Below are positions 1-10,024 of a DNA stretch of 37,572 bases, piece after piece. The notes under the pieces were generated by a model that was not told the origin of the DNA, searched no databases, and was given only the letters and a program-made list of their open reading frames with translations. Each line of letters begins with the position of its first letter. Position 1 is the first letter of the stretch. The DNA comes from a virus (Duplodnaviria; Caudoviricetes), in the IMG/VR virus record IMGVR_UViG_3300020463_000049, positions 1-37,572 of that record, one strand, 5' to 3'. The position numbers were made by a program, and so were the translations under genes.

Positions 1-2
1 CA

Positions 3-368
3 GGTTCAACATCAGACATGGAATTTAGAGCATTTCAACAAGCTGCACTTTATTTAGGGAATACAGCTGAAGCGAATTATATATCATTATATGCACTGAA
101 AAAAGTTACAGAAAATGCAATAAAATTAAATCAACTGGAGAGACAACTTCTTACTTCTGGCAATTATACAAATATGGAACAGATTACAGAAAAACTCAAT
201 GAAGTTGATACAGGTATATTTAAAAGATATACAGGTGATCCGAATGATGATGAAGCAATAGCAGATTTTTATAATAATTTAGAAGAAGGTGATGTAGCAA
301 TAAATAATGGAATATTTGACAGTCCGTCTCCATATGTAATTAAAGGTTTTAGAAGGGCAAGAAATTAA
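3..368 (+). CDS. C-terminal fragment of a probable internal virion/ejection protein (5'-truncated)
   Basis: The frame is open from the window edge (GSTSD before the annotated Met at 18). A TAATG overlap couples it to the next gene. Function is inferred only from position. Confidence 0.5.
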   Translation, partial: GSTSDMEFRAFQQAALYLGNTAEANYISLYALKKVTENAIKLNQLERQLLTSGNYTNMEQITEKLNEVDTGIFKRYTGDPNDDEAIADFYNNLEEGDVAINNGIFDSPSPYVIKGFRRARN

Positions 369-2599
369 TGGCAATTAAATTACCAGATGATGCAGGTGGA
401 TTGACTTTAGAAAAAGAGCAAACACCAGAGTCAATTGAAATGGAAAAAGCAACTATGCTTCAAAAGCTTGCTAATCTTCCATCTAATTTATTAGATGCTT
501 TTACAGGAGAAGGAGTTCCTATTGAATATCCTAATATTCCTGAGGCAACTGAAATGGTTGATCAGGCTCCAGGAATAATTGAAGCACTAATGCCAAATCT
601 TAAAGCATTTTTTGCAAGAGATGATGCAGGAAAAGCAGAGATATTTAAAGATGCTTTTAAAGATGATCCTAGATTTGGTGGTATTTATTCTGACAAATTT
701 GAAAATCCTATGATAGTCTGGAATGAGCAACCATTTTATATAAATAAACCTGGATTTTCTGGGCAAGATATTGGTACATTTATTGGTGAGATAATAAAAT
801 TTTTACCAGCATCTAAGTACGTAAGTGGTGCTAAAACACTTTTGGGAACAGTTGCAAGAGGACTTCCTGCATACAGTACAACTGAGGCTATAGGCAAAGG
901 TGTTGAAAATATTATGACACCAGAAACAACTAAAGCTAAAAAACAAGAGCTTGGTGATGTTGTAACTGATATTGGTTCAGCCACAGCATTAGGTGTTGCA
1001 GCTGATACTTTACTTCCTCCAGTTGCTAAAGGTATCGGCAAAGTTTTTGCCAAAGGTGCAGAGAAAGTTGGCATAAAGCTACCGAAGTTCAGCCCTGAAG
1101 TAATAAAATCAACATCAAAGTATGAATTAACAAAAGGACAACAAAGATCACTGCCACCTAAATCAACCTTTGATCCTCAGCCAACGGATCAACTTGAAAA
1201 AGAAGATCTTATGAGAAGAGCTGCAGGTAGTGGTGGGCAAAAAGTTATTAAGGTTTTTGATGAAGCACAAACTGATGAAATTGTAAAGGATGCACAAGCA
1301 TTACAAAATGAGTTTGGTTCCGGAAAGCCATTTACTAATCTTGATGAACCTGATGTGACTGGAGCTGCAGGTGAAGAAATACAATCAATAGTAAGTAAAC
1401 GTGCTGGAGAGATGAAAACCGAAGCAGGTGAACTTTACAATGATGCTCGTAATCCTGTTCTTGATACAAGAATGACTAGAGATGGAATACGAAAAGCTGT
1501 TGGCGAGGCAATATTTAAAATAACAAATCCAAGAGAGGGTTTAGGCATAATAGGTGCAGAGCTTGATCAAATGCCTATTTTAAAAAGAGAGCTGACGTTT
1601 TTAAAAAAACTTTTAAAAGCAAGTAATAATCCTAGATTTAAAGATCAAGATTTAAACACCTTACACAGCTTTCAGAAAAGACTTAATAGATCATTTAGAA
1701 CAGCAGCACCTGGAAGTCCTGAGAAATTAGCATTAGGAGAGATAAAAGGAACTTTTGATAATGCGTTATTTAAAGGCATTGACGAGGGTTTTATATATGG
1801 TGATGAAGATGCACTAAAAGCTTTGCAAAATGCAACTGGTCTTTACAAAGATTATATGGGTCTTACAGGTAAGATTAAAGGTGCGACACCTCAGCAAAAA
1901 GCTTCTAATAAAATACTAGAGAAAATAACAAACCCTGAATACACTCCTCGTCAGGTTGCTAATGCTATTTTTGGACACTCTAAGTTCGCACCAAATCAAG
2001 CTTTACCTTTGGCTATTGATAAACTTAAATCAATATTACCAGAGGAAGAATCAGCACAAGTCATTGCTCTGTTAAAAGATGGTATATTAGAAAAAGCTTT
2101 TGCTGGTACAGGAAAGTCAGGAGTAACTAGAACAAACATAGTTAATAATTACAATGACATTTTTGTTAAACAGAAAAGAATTATTGAGAAATTATTTAGT
2201 CCAGAAGAAATAAAAAAGATAGCTGATTTTAGAAGAAATGTAATGCCAACTCTCTGGGCAGAGATAAAGCTTAATCCATCTGGTACTGGATATATTCTTG
2301 CATCAGCATTAACAAGAAATAGAATATTCAGTTCTTTAAAAATGGTGCCGATAGCTGGAGAACCAGTAGTCGCTGGGGTTGAGGATTTGATGTCAAGAGG
2401 TCGGGCACTTGATATGACAAGACAGTTTATTGAAAGAGCTTCAGCACCATTATTCTCATCAGTTGTTCAAGCTTCTATAAGACCAGAAGTCGTAGAAACT
2501 ATTGGTGGAGAAGATGCTTCCTCTCCAGCTCTTCAGAATATAATAGAGGGTTTAAACGAGGAAGAAAGACAAAAGCTCCTTGAGGCAACTTCGCAGTAA
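368..2599 (+). CDS. Large putative internal virion (DNA ejection) protein, 743 aa
   Basis: Long ORF coupled on both sides. It has Gly/Ala-rich hydrophobic stretches (ATALGVAADTLLPPVAKGIGK) and is largely helical in composition, as podovirus ejection proteins are. It sits at the end of the structural block. Confidence 0.5.
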   Translation: MAIKLPDDAGGLTLEKEQTPESIEMEKATMLQKLANLPSNLLDAFTGEGVPIEYPNIPEATEMVDQAPGIIEALMPNLKAFFARDDAGKAEIFKDAFKDDPRFGGIYSDKFENPMIVWNEQPFYINKPGFSGQDIGTFIGEIIKFLPASKYVSGAKTLLGTVARGLPAYSTTEAIGKGVENIMTPETTKAKKQELGDVVTDIGSATALGVAADTLLPPVAKGIGKVFAKGAEKVGIKLPKFSPEVIKSTSKYELTKGQQRSLPPKSTFDPQPTDQLEKEDLMRRAAGSGGQKVIKVFDEAQTDEIVKDAQALQNEFGSGKPFTNLDEPDVTGAAGEEIQSIVSKRAGEMKTEAGELYNDARNPVLDTRMTRDGIRKAVGEAIFKITNPREGLGIIGAELDQMPILKRELTFLKKLLKASNNPRFKDQDLNTLHSFQKRLNRSFRTAAPGSPEKLALGEIKGTFDNALFKGIDEGFIYGDEDALKALQNATGLYKDYMGLTGKIKGATPQQKASNKILEKITNPEYTPRQVANAIFGHSKFAPNQALPLAIDKLKSILPEEESAQVIALLKDGILEKAFAGTGKSGVTRTNIVNNYNDIFVKQKRIIEKLFSPEEIKKIADFRRNVMPTLWAEIKLNPSGTGYILASALTRNRIFSSLKMVPIAGEPVVAGVEDLMSRGRALDMTRQFIERASAPLFSSVVQASIRPEVVETIGGEDASSPALQNIIEGLNEEERQKLLEATSQ

Positions 2600-3078
2600 T
2601 GGTCGATCCAGTAACAGCATTAGCAACTGCTAGTTCTGCATTCAGTTTAATTAAAAGAGGTTTTCAAGCTGGCAGAGACATAGAGTCAATGGCAAGTGAC
2701 TTAGGCAGATGGATGGGTGCCATTTCTGATCTTGACCAAGCCGAAAAAGATGCAAAGAATCCTCCGATATTTAAAAAGCTTTTCGCAGGCAAGTCTATCG
2801 AGCAAGAAGCAATTGAAGTTTTTGCTGCAAAGAAAAAGGCAGTTGAGCAAAGAGACGAACTAAGAACTTGGATCCAGTTTACGCATGGTCAAAGTGCTTG
2901 GGATGAGTTATTAAGAACCGAAGCCAGTATAAGAAAAACAAGACAAGAAACAATTTATAAACAAGCACAACTAAGAAGAAAATTTTTGGAATATTGTACT
3001 TATGGTCTTGTTGGAATTATAGTCTTGGGATTTATATTCTTTTTACTATATCTATACAGGGTCAACAGGCTTAGTTAA
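2599..3078 (+). CDS. Hypothetical protein with C-terminal transmembrane helix
   Basis: MVDPVTALATASSAF N-terminus, coiled-coil middle, and a TM segment (YGLVGIIVLGFIFFLLYLY). Last gene of the + strand block. Confidence 0.7.
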   Translation: MVDPVTALATASSAFSLIKRGFQAGRDIESMASDLGRWMGAISDLDQAEKDAKNPPIFKKLFAGKSIEQEAIEVFAAKKKAVEQRDELRTWIQFTHGQSAWDELLRTEASIRKTRQETIYKQAQLRRKFLEYCTYGLVGIIVLGFIFFLLYLYRVNRLS

Positions 3079-3477
3079 AACATCCGAAAGTTCTTGCCAG
3101 TTTTCTTTTGTCATGTTTCCCATTCTTTTGTAAGATAATAAATCAAAAAAATCTGTTCTTGATGGTCTAGAGAATATAAGTTGTGCATTCTTACCACTAA
3201 TTAAACCTGTAAAGTCTCTGCCGATCCTTATAAGAATCCAAGCTTTACCTTTATGTTCATCATACTCTTTTAGCCAGAGAGATTGATTTAATTTAAGACC
3301 TGTGCTAATCCGTCTCTTTGGCCAGAGAGTTAGATATTTGAGTTCTATCCATCCAGTGACTCCATCTTTAATATAGTGAACATCTGGCATTCCTTTCATA
3401 ACCCTGTTTTCAACTCTATACATTTTTAAATCTTTCATTGACTTTCTTATAAGAACCCAAAAGTTTCTTTCAGTCAT
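3052..3477 (-). CDS. VRR-NUC / Holliday-junction-resolvase-like PD-(D/E)XK nuclease
   Basis: TE..FW N-terminus, RVEN..GMPDV, GWIELK and Q..WL motifs. It lies downstream of the SNF2 helicase, as is usual in phages. Confidence 0.8.
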   Translation of the reverse strand: MTERNFWVLIRKSMKDLKMYRVENRVMKGMPDVHYIKDGVTGWIELKYLTLWPKRRISTGLKLNQSLWLKEYDEHKGKAWILIRIGRDFTGLISGKNAQLIFSRPSRTDFFDLLSYKRMGNMTKENWQELSDVLTKPVDPV

Positions 3478-3601
3478 ACTGATTATTCCTCATCATCTGC
3501 TCAATGTGTTCTATCATTTTGTTGATGTGCTGTAATATATTTTTATTCTCACATTTTGAACGCATCTCATATAGCCTGTTCAAAAACTCTGACTTTGTCA
3601 T
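3470..3601 (-). CDS. Small hypothetical protein, 43 aa (MTKSEFLNRLYEMRSKCENK...); not in ORF track
   Basis: Translated by hand. It fills the gap between helicase and nuclease, and its stop overlaps the nuclease start. Confidence 0.55.
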   Translation of the reverse strand: MTKSEFLNRLYEMRSKCENKNILQHINKMIEHIEQMMRNNQYD

Positions 3602-3604
3602 ATA

Positions 3605-5308
3605 TTAATTGTCATCTCCATCATCTGATAAAAACATTGAAATTGGATCCTTTGTAACAATATCAGCTAAACTCTTTTTGTCTCGTAAAGCTTTTATTAT
3701 CTTTGTATCGATAGTTTTTGGTGCTTCAATATCGATGTATGTTATGTTGTTCTTTGTTCCTATTCTATGGCATCTGTCTTCTGATTGTAGTCTTGTTTCT
3801 AAATCAAAGCTATTTGAATAATAAATAGCATAATCTGCAGCTGTAAGGGTTAAGCCTATGCCACCAGACTGAGGCTGACCAATAAAATATCTGACTTTTG
3901 GGTCATTTTGAAATCGATCAACAGAGCTTACTCTCTGGTCATTTGATATACCTCCATGATAAGAAACAGCCAGATCGCCTAACATGCTCTCTATGAGGCT
4001 TATATCAGCTCTGAAGCGTGCCCATATAATAACTTTAGAGTCAATATCACTTAGAATATCTTTCAAAGCCTCTAATCTAGGATTTTTATCATCTATGGGT
4101 TTACTTTCAGTTTCGCTAGGAAACCAGCCACATATTATTTGCTGAAGCCTTAAAAGTCTTGTAATTGCTTCTGGAGCCTTTAGAACCTCTTTGTTAAGTT
4201 CTGCAGTAAAAGACTTTTTAAGCTGACTGTATAAGGCTTGTTGCTTGGCTGATAGGTTTATTGGATATCTTTGATATATTTTATCAGGAAGATCTAAACA
4301 ATCCTTTTTTAAAACTCTAAAAGAGTGTCCTTCTATGTTTCTTGTAAGTTCATTAATATTCTGATAAGAAACTATCTGCCTATTCTCAAAGCCACCCATT
4401 ATACAGTATCTTGCCCTAAAAGAATAAAAGCTGTCATAACCTAATATATGAGGATTTAAAAATCTAAACTGAGAGTATGAATCCTCTGGTCCTTTAGTTA
4501 TAGGTGTACCAGTCATTATTCTTCTATATTCAGCATATTTTCCGAACTTTGTTATTTCTTTTGTTCTTTTGGCTGATGGTCTTTTTATTCTAGAGCTTTC
4601 ATCAACCACTAACATTACTTTGTTTGCTAGCAATATTCTATTCATTAGGTCTATTGCTGACTTGCTAACAAAAGCCTCTACATTAAATGTAAATATTTTT
4701 AGGCAGTCATGTAGAGGGTTCATAGCATTATTAAAATTTTCAAGGTGCTTTTTGCCCATGCCTGAATAATAATAAAATGTTTCTCTTGGGCACCAATCTG
4801 GCAAATGAGTGTCTATTTCTTTTAACCAGTTTCTGTGCACACCATTAGGAGCAATAACAACCATAGCAGATATCTTATCTTTGGAATATAAATAAGCACC
4901 ATTGTCGATTATAACTTTTGTTTTCCCAGTTCCCTGCTCCATTAACAGGGCAAATTCTTTTTTATCTCTTGATAAATAAAAAGCTTTCTGTTGATGATCA
5001 AAAGGCTTAGTCTTAAATTTATAATCACCCATGTCTTTGAAGTCTTTTTCTTTCATCTTTAGGTTGTCTTCAAGCTCCTTGAGATTATTAATATATTTAT
5101 CAAGTGCAGGGGAGGCTGAATCATCCCACTCAGCATCAGGGAAAAACTTTTTAATTCTATCTATATTTGCACTTGTAGGATCAAAAAGCAGATCTCGACC
5201 AATCCACTTTTTAAATCCAGGAAGTGAAGATAGTTTTTCAAAGCTGTCCCCATCAAGCTTTGACTTGATGAGGCAATACTTTCCGAAATCTGCTTTTGTT
5301 ATTAACAT
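3605..5308 (-). CDS. SNF2-family (SF2) helicase/ATPase
   Basis: PFDHQ Q-motif, Walker A MEQGTGKT, Walker B VVDESS, MTGTP, GGIGLTLT and QSEDRCHRIG motif VI. Confidence 0.93.
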   Translation of the reverse strand: MLITKADFGKYCLIKSKLDGDSFEKLSSLPGFKKWIGRDLLFDPTSANIDRIKKFFPDAEWDDSASPALDKYINNLKELEDNLKMKEKDFKDMGDYKFKTKPFDHQQKAFYLSRDKKEFALLMEQGTGKTKVIIDNGAYLYSKDKISAMVVIAPNGVHRNWLKEIDTHLPDWCPRETFYYYSGMGKKHLENFNNAMNPLHDCLKIFTFNVEAFVSKSAIDLMNRILLANKVMLVVDESSRIKRPSAKRTKEITKFGKYAEYRRIMTGTPITKGPEDSYSQFRFLNPHILGYDSFYSFRARYCIMGGFENRQIVSYQNINELTRNIEGHSFRVLKKDCLDLPDKIYQRYPINLSAKQQALYSQLKKSFTAELNKEVLKAPEAITRLLRLQQIICGWFPSETESKPIDDKNPRLEALKDILSDIDSKVIIWARFRADISLIESMLGDLAVSYHGGISNDQRVSSVDRFQNDPKVRYFIGQPQSGGIGLTLTAADYAIYYSNSFDLETRLQSEDRCHRIGTKNNITYIDIEAPKTIDTKIIKALRDKKSLADIVTKDPISMFLSDDGDDN

Positions 5309-5800
5309 CTACTTGCTCGCTGCCAAAGGTTCAATTAACCATTCATTGTTTTCTTTAGGCTCGAACTGAGGGTTTTCAACAACAAAGTATTTAGAAACAA
5401 GCTTGCTCTTGTGCTTAGACATCTCACCAGCAATCCACTTAGGAACTTGATTATCAATAGTTGTATAATCACGAGTATCAAGTATGAAAAAATGCTTAGT
5501 AACATTTATGACATAAACTTTATTTTTTTCCAAAGTTTTAATAAAGTTGCCAGCCTTTTGCCTTTTTTCTAATGTAACCCATTTGCCTTTTACACCAAGT
5601 TGCGCAGAGGCTTTTGTAAGGTTGTCGCAGGTTATACCTTTACAATGTCTTTTACCTCTAATGGCTCGAACAGTTCTATATGCCTTTTCATATTCAGCTC
5701 CGCAGATTACAGCTATGGCATAAGGACCACACCAAGTGGTCCTATATACGCCAGTGTCACAATAAATAATTTGACGAGTTTGTGGAGTATGCTTTTTCAT
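5309..5800 (-). CDS. Hypothetical protein, possibly papain-like (peptidase C39-like) fold
   Basis: WCGPYAIA followed later by VYVINVTKHFFILD, a Cys...His...Asp arrangement. The fold call is tentative. Confidence 0.45.
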   Translation of the reverse strand: MKKHTPQTRQIIYCDTGVYRTTWCGPYAIAVICGAEYEKAYRTVRAIRGKRHCKGITCDNLTKASAQLGVKGKWVTLEKRQKAGNFIKTLEKNKVYVINVTKHFFILDTRDYTTIDNQVPKWIAGEMSKHKSKLVSKYFVVENPQFEPKENNEWLIEPLAASK

Positions 5801-6447
5801 TACAGTACTCCTAACTTGTCTGCGCAGATTGGTCCGATACCTCTGTCGATGCTTTCCTTGACAGTTAGTTCTCTAGCACATACTGCGCAGTTGCCAGTTC
5901 TTCTGCCATAAGCAACAGCTGACTCCATAGGATCTTTGCAGATCTCTTTGATCTCAGCGATGGTTTCTTTTGAGACATTGCCCACTGGTAAGTAATAACC
6001 ACCAGTAACCTTGCCGATGTAATCACCCAATTGCTTGATATAAAGAGAACCAGCATTCTTTGAGTGGGGTGCAGGCTTAGAGAAAACAAAGTCACCAACT
6101 CTGATCTTAGGTGTCTTCATTGCTGAGTCAGCCTTATCAAGAACAGCCAATATATTGCTAACATCAAGAGAAGTCATGTTTGACTTTCTTTCAGCTTTAT
6201 TCTTCTCGACCTTTGCTAACATAGCAGATGCTGCAAATAATTGCTTATCAGATAAACTTCCCTTGCTAGCAACCTGATCAACTAAAGACCTAGCGAAAGA
6301 GTTCCAGCTCATGATCTCCTTAAGAGCAAAAACAATCTTTTTATTGTCTTCATCGTCACAAAATTTTGCAATATTAGTAATGGCCATTCCTTCACCAACT
6401 AAAGTTTTGTATTCTTGACGTCTATTTGTTCTAATATAATGTGTCAT
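5800..6447 (-). CDS. DUF6011-like zinc-finger protein
   Basis: C-terminal YGRRTGNCAVCARELT...SIDRGIGPICA motif and N-terminal FARSL...KGSLSDKQ segment. It has its own promoter and a strong RBS. Confidence 0.75.
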   Translation of the reverse strand: MTHYIRTNRRQEYKTLVGEGMAITNIAKFCDDEDNKKIVFALKEIMSWNSFARSLVDQVASKGSLSDKQLFAASAMLAKVEKNKAERKSNMTSLDVSNILAVLDKADSAMKTPKIRVGDFVFSKPAPHSKNAGSLYIKQLGDYIGKVTGGYYLPVGNVSKETIAEIKEICKDPMESAVAYGRRTGNCAVCARELTVKESIDRGIGPICADKLGVL

Positions 6448-6451
6448 TGTC

Positions 6452-6561
6452 TTCCTTTCTCAGTATCAATACAATAAGATTATCTTATTTCGCCAGAGAA
6501 GTAAAGTATTTTTTTCAAAAAAATATAACTTTTTTTATAAGTCAATAAAATCAATAACTTA
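6452..6561 (-). promoter_or_regulatory. Repeated promoter cassette 1 (IHF site, -35/-10, conserved RBS leader)
   Basis: On the - strand: TTTACT (6500-6505), 17 bp ending AAATAAGA, TAATCT (6477-6482), leader TACTGAGAAAGGAA (6452-6465). IHF consensus AATCAATAACTTA at 6549-6561. Confidence 0.7.
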
Positions 6562-9372
6562 TGCTAGTTTACGCCACTTGTCTAAGTATATTTTTCTAAA
6601 GCCTTTTTTAATAGTTCCTTTAATTAAATACCAATCTCCTATTCTTCCTTCCTCAACTATAGGTTTGCCGAGCTTATTATATCTAAACCTATCTATTGTG
6701 CAGATGATTGGACCAGTGTCATCCTCAAAAGTCATGTTCAGCCACAAGTTATTTCTATCGACTTTGCGCCCACCTCTTTTCGCAAGGTTTACTGTTTCAT
6801 TCATGTCTCTAAGGTTTTTCTCTTTTAGCTTACCAAAGAATACAAACTCTCCAGGTTTATCAGCATCAAGATTTGTTATATCAATTATATCGCTTTGTAT
6901 CTTGTGTGCAGAGGGATCTTTTTTCATGTGACCAAACCTGCGTTCACACTCAAAGATATCATCGTATGGGGTTTCTCCATTGTCTAACAGCGTATTTTGT
7001 CTTGGAGTTAAAGGCTGGTTTAATTTTCTCCTGTTAATAATATCTTCACCCATTTTTGGTCCTATGCCTTTTATACCTATAAGACCACCAATAAGCTGTC
7101 CATCCTGTACAGACCAGTTCTCCATAGACTTAAACTTGTCAAAAGGTTTATAGGTTAGTCCCTCTCTTACAACCTCTCTAAGAAGCTTAACAGCCTGCTC
7201 ATCATCTTTTACATTTCTTAGACATGCAGCTGCAAACTCAAGAGGAAATTTACTTTTTAAAACACAACACCAATAACTTATCAAAGCATAAGAAACTGCA
7301 TGAGAGCGATTAAAAGCCATTGAACCCATAGTATTGATATGTTCCCAAACCTTGCGAGCATCTTCTTCTTTTATATTATTTTCTTCAGCTCCAGCCTTGA
7401 ACCTCATCCAATATCTGTCAAAGAATTCTTCTCCAAGAGATTTACTCATAGCTCTGCGCAACTGGTTTATTTCTTCCCATGTTAGTTTGCCCATCTCTCT
7501 ACAAATAACCATGACTTGTTCTTGATATATAACAATGCCATTTGTAATTTTTGTTGTTGCCTCGGTCATTGGGTGCAAAAATGTAACTGGGTCAGCACCT
7601 GTATGACGTTTAATAAACTGTGTTGTGCCACCTGATTGTAATGGTCCAGGACGAGCAAGTGATGTTATAGAGGCATAATCCTCAAAGCTGTTTATTTTCA
7701 TCTGCCTAGTGACTGATTGAAGAGCATAACCCTCAAACTGAAATATTCCTGCATATTTTTCATCGTTTAATATTTTAAAAGCTTGTTTGTCTTCAAGAGG
7801 ATATTTTAAAAGCTCTTCTCTTTTCCAACCAACTTGATCAAGTATGTCTTGAATTACTGATAAAGTTCTCAAACCCAGTGCATCTATTTTTAAAAGATTC
7901 AAATCCTCAGCATCTTTTTTATCAATCTGAGCTGCACCAGTTTGAGCTGATACTGAGCAATAATGACTTACAGGTTCTTCAGTAACAATAATTCCAGCTG
8001 CATGAACCCCATTGTGCCTAGCATGATATTCCATGTCTCCAGCAATTTTCATTTGTGGATATTTCTCTAAAACCTTTTTGCCTATTTCAAGATCATTAAA
8101 CGTGTCCATTATACACATTGCTGCTCGAGCATCGCCAGAGCTTCTTTCAATTATAGCACCTTTTAAATCATTGACCTCCCAAGCAGGAATGCCAAGTTCC
8201 TTAGCAACCTCACCTATTGTAGATTTCGCTTTATATCTTGAGACAGTTCCTAAGTGTGCAACTTTTTCATCACCATATTTATTTCTTAAATAATCAAAGA
8301 CCATCTCTCTACGATCATCTTGAAAATCAATATCTATGTCAGGCAAGTCTGATCTGTTAACATCAATAAATCTTTCAAATAATAAATCATATTCTAAAGG
8401 ATCAATATCAGTTATGCCTATGAGATAACAAACCAATGATCCAGCTGAAGAGCCTCTGGCTGGTCCAACAAGCATATGCTGTTTTGCATAATTTATCATG
8501 TCAGCTATAACATAAAAATAATCCTCGAAACTTTTACTAGCGATCATCTCAAGTTCTCGCTCTAGCCTTTCTCCATAAACAGGATCTTTCAAGTCAATTT
8601 CTCTTAATAGTGCTCCCTCTAAACACATTTGTTTAAGAGTTTTATCTGGGGTAAAAGATATCATTTGGCCAACAGGCAAATCAACCTCACACATATCAGC
8701 TATTTTATAAGTATTTTCTATTGCTTCATCTGGTGCCCAAGGAACAGCATCTCTCCACTCCCATTCATTTAAGATATGCATAGGTGCTGTCCTGTCAGTT
8801 CGATTTCTCCCAACCAAAACTTCATAAGCCTTTTTATCATTTACTGTGGGATAATAATTATCAGATGTGGCAACAACCCGAAATCCTTTTCTCTGGGCAA
8901 AGTCAAGGATCTTTTTAGGTGTCATTGGATTGAGTTCTATAAAAATATTCTCTTTGTTTTTTATTGGCAACATTCCAAGGTTTGGGTGCGTGCCACTTAG
9001 CATTATAATATTATCACTAATATCAAACAGCTCGCTATAACTAAGTCGAGGGAAATAATAAAAATGCTCTTTATTGGTGGACTTTGTTACTAGGTCATAT
9101 ATCTCTTTTAAACCTGCATTATTCTTTGCGATAAAACCCATTTTATTGTCAGCTTGTTTTGATTTATCAGAAGCATCTTCAACAACTGATATTTCAGCAC
9201 CAAATAAAGGTTTAACACCCAGTGATTTGCACTGCTTAGAAAATGTAACATGACCCCATGTTCCAGTGTCGCAAACACCCACAGCTTTCTGCCCAGCAGT
9301 CTCTATTACCTTTTGAATTGGACCAAAGGCTTTCCGGAAAGAGTATTCTGATCTTAATCTAACATTTATCAT
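6559..9372 (-). CDS. dnaE: DNA polymerase III alpha subunit-like (family C) replicative polymerase
   Basis: GPARGSSAGS, RSDLPDIDIDF, HNGVHAAG, LLKIDALGL, GIFQFEG, LARPGP, IYQEQVM and AFNRSHA motifs, an HhH motif (IKGIGPK) and a C-terminal OB-like region. Start reassigned to the ATG at 9372 (MINVRLRSEYS = start of PHP domain). Confidence 0.96.
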   Translation of the reverse strand: MINVRLRSEYSFRKAFGPIQKVIETAGQKAVGVCDTGTWGHVTFSKQCKSLGVKPLFGAEISVVEDASDKSKQADNKMGFIAKNNAGLKEIYDLVTKSTNKEHFYYFPRLSYSELFDISDNIIMLSGTHPNLGMLPIKNKENIFIELNPMTPKKILDFAQRKGFRVVATSDNYYPTVNDKKAYEVLVGRNRTDRTAPMHILNEWEWRDAVPWAPDEAIENTYKIADMCEVDLPVGQMISFTPDKTLKQMCLEGALLREIDLKDPVYGERLERELEMIASKSFEDYFYVIADMINYAKQHMLVGPARGSSAGSLVCYLIGITDIDPLEYDLLFERFIDVNRSDLPDIDIDFQDDRREMVFDYLRNKYGDEKVAHLGTVSRYKAKSTIGEVAKELGIPAWEVNDLKGAIIERSSGDARAAMCIMDTFNDLEIGKKVLEKYPQMKIAGDMEYHARHNGVHAAGIIVTEEPVSHYCSVSAQTGAAQIDKKDAEDLNLLKIDALGLRTLSVIQDILDQVGWKREELLKYPLEDKQAFKILNDEKYAGIFQFEGYALQSVTRQMKINSFEDYASITSLARPGPLQSGGTTQFIKRHTGADPVTFLHPMTEATTKITNGIVIYQEQVMVICREMGKLTWEEINQLRRAMSKSLGEEFFDRYWMRFKAGAEENNIKEEDARKVWEHINTMGSMAFNRSHAVSYALISYWCCVLKSKFPLEFAAACLRNVKDDEQAVKLLREVVREGLTYKPFDKFKSMENWSVQDGQLIGGLIGIKGIGPKMGEDIINRRKLNQPLTPRQNTLLDNGETPYDDIFECERRFGHMKKDPSAHKIQSDIIDITNLDADKPGEFVFFGKLKEKNLRDMNETVNLAKRGGRKVDRNNLWLNMTFEDDTGPIICTIDRFRYNKLGKPIVEEGRIGDWYLIKGTIKKGFRKIYLDKWRKLA

Positions 9373-9440
9373 TATATATAATTCGACAAAATTATTACAA
9401 CTATTGCTCCTATTATCGAGCCTATAAGTGCTGGTGTCAT
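9372..9440 (-). CDS. 22-aa hydrophobic micropeptide MTPALIGSIIGAIVVIILSNYI; not in ORF track
   Basis: GGAG RBS upstream, one TM-length hydrophobic stretch, and a TAATG overlap with the dnaE start. Confidence 0.55.
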   Translation of the reverse strand: MTPALIGSIIGAIVVIILSNYI

Positions 9441-9442
9441 TT

Positions 9443-10024
9443 CTATGCTCCTTCCATAGTTTCAAAAAAGTTATACCACCCTGTGATGATAGTTTTTGTG
9501 CCAATATTATTTATTACACCTCTGTGGGTATGCGTCCAACCAACTGGCCAAATAACAGTTAGTCCTTTAACACATGGCGTTGACAATTTCTGATAATAAA
9601 ATTCTGTCCCAGCATTATCCAAAGTATTTAAGTATGTCATGAATGCTAGATGCCTTGAGCAATCTGCTAAACCCATGTTTTCACAATGCCATCTATAAAA
9701 ACCCTCCCCAGGTTTATAACGCTGTATGTTTATTCCCTCAACAATTTTGTAAGGAGAGATGCGATTACTATAAGAAAATTTTTCTTTATAGATATCCAAA
9801 CATTCTTGTAAATAAAAAAGATATCTATCAAGTTTATAAAACTCTTGTGGAAAAACAGTTTTCTCTGTGCTTTTTTTGATTTCTTCATTAACACCTCCTC
9901 CAGCCATGCCTTTTGCATGAGTGTCTTTTTCTAAGTCATAAAGTTGCATTATATCATCACAGACATTCTCTGGCATATACCAACCACCAATAAAGGTGCT
10001 CTCATCTATTTTATGTTCATCCAT
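9443..10024 (-). CDS. 2OG-Fe(II) oxygenase
   Basis: INIQRYKPGEGFYRWHCE (HxE), FMTYLN, GTEF, WTHTHRG and KTIITGW motifs. Confidence 0.9.
   Translation of the reverse strand: MDEHKIDESTFIGGWYMPENVCDDIMQLYDLEKDTHAKGMAGGGVNEEIKKSTEKTVFPQEFYKLDRYLFYLQECLDIYKEKFSYSNRISPYKIVEGINIQRYKPGEGFYRWHCENMGLADCSRHLAFMTYLNTLDNAGTEFYYQKLSTPCVKGLTVIWPVGWTHTHRGVINNIGTKTIITGWYNFFETMEGA

Noticed and set aside
2599-3078. Holin or spanin call
   Set aside because: It has only a C-terminal TM helix, and there is no adjacent endolysin or lipobox partner in the window, so support is insufficient.
9373-9504. 44-aa N-terminal extension of DnaE in the ORF track
   Set aside because: It overlaps the oxygenase gene and a better-supported micro-ORF. 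Recognisable PHP sequence begins at the ATG at 9372.
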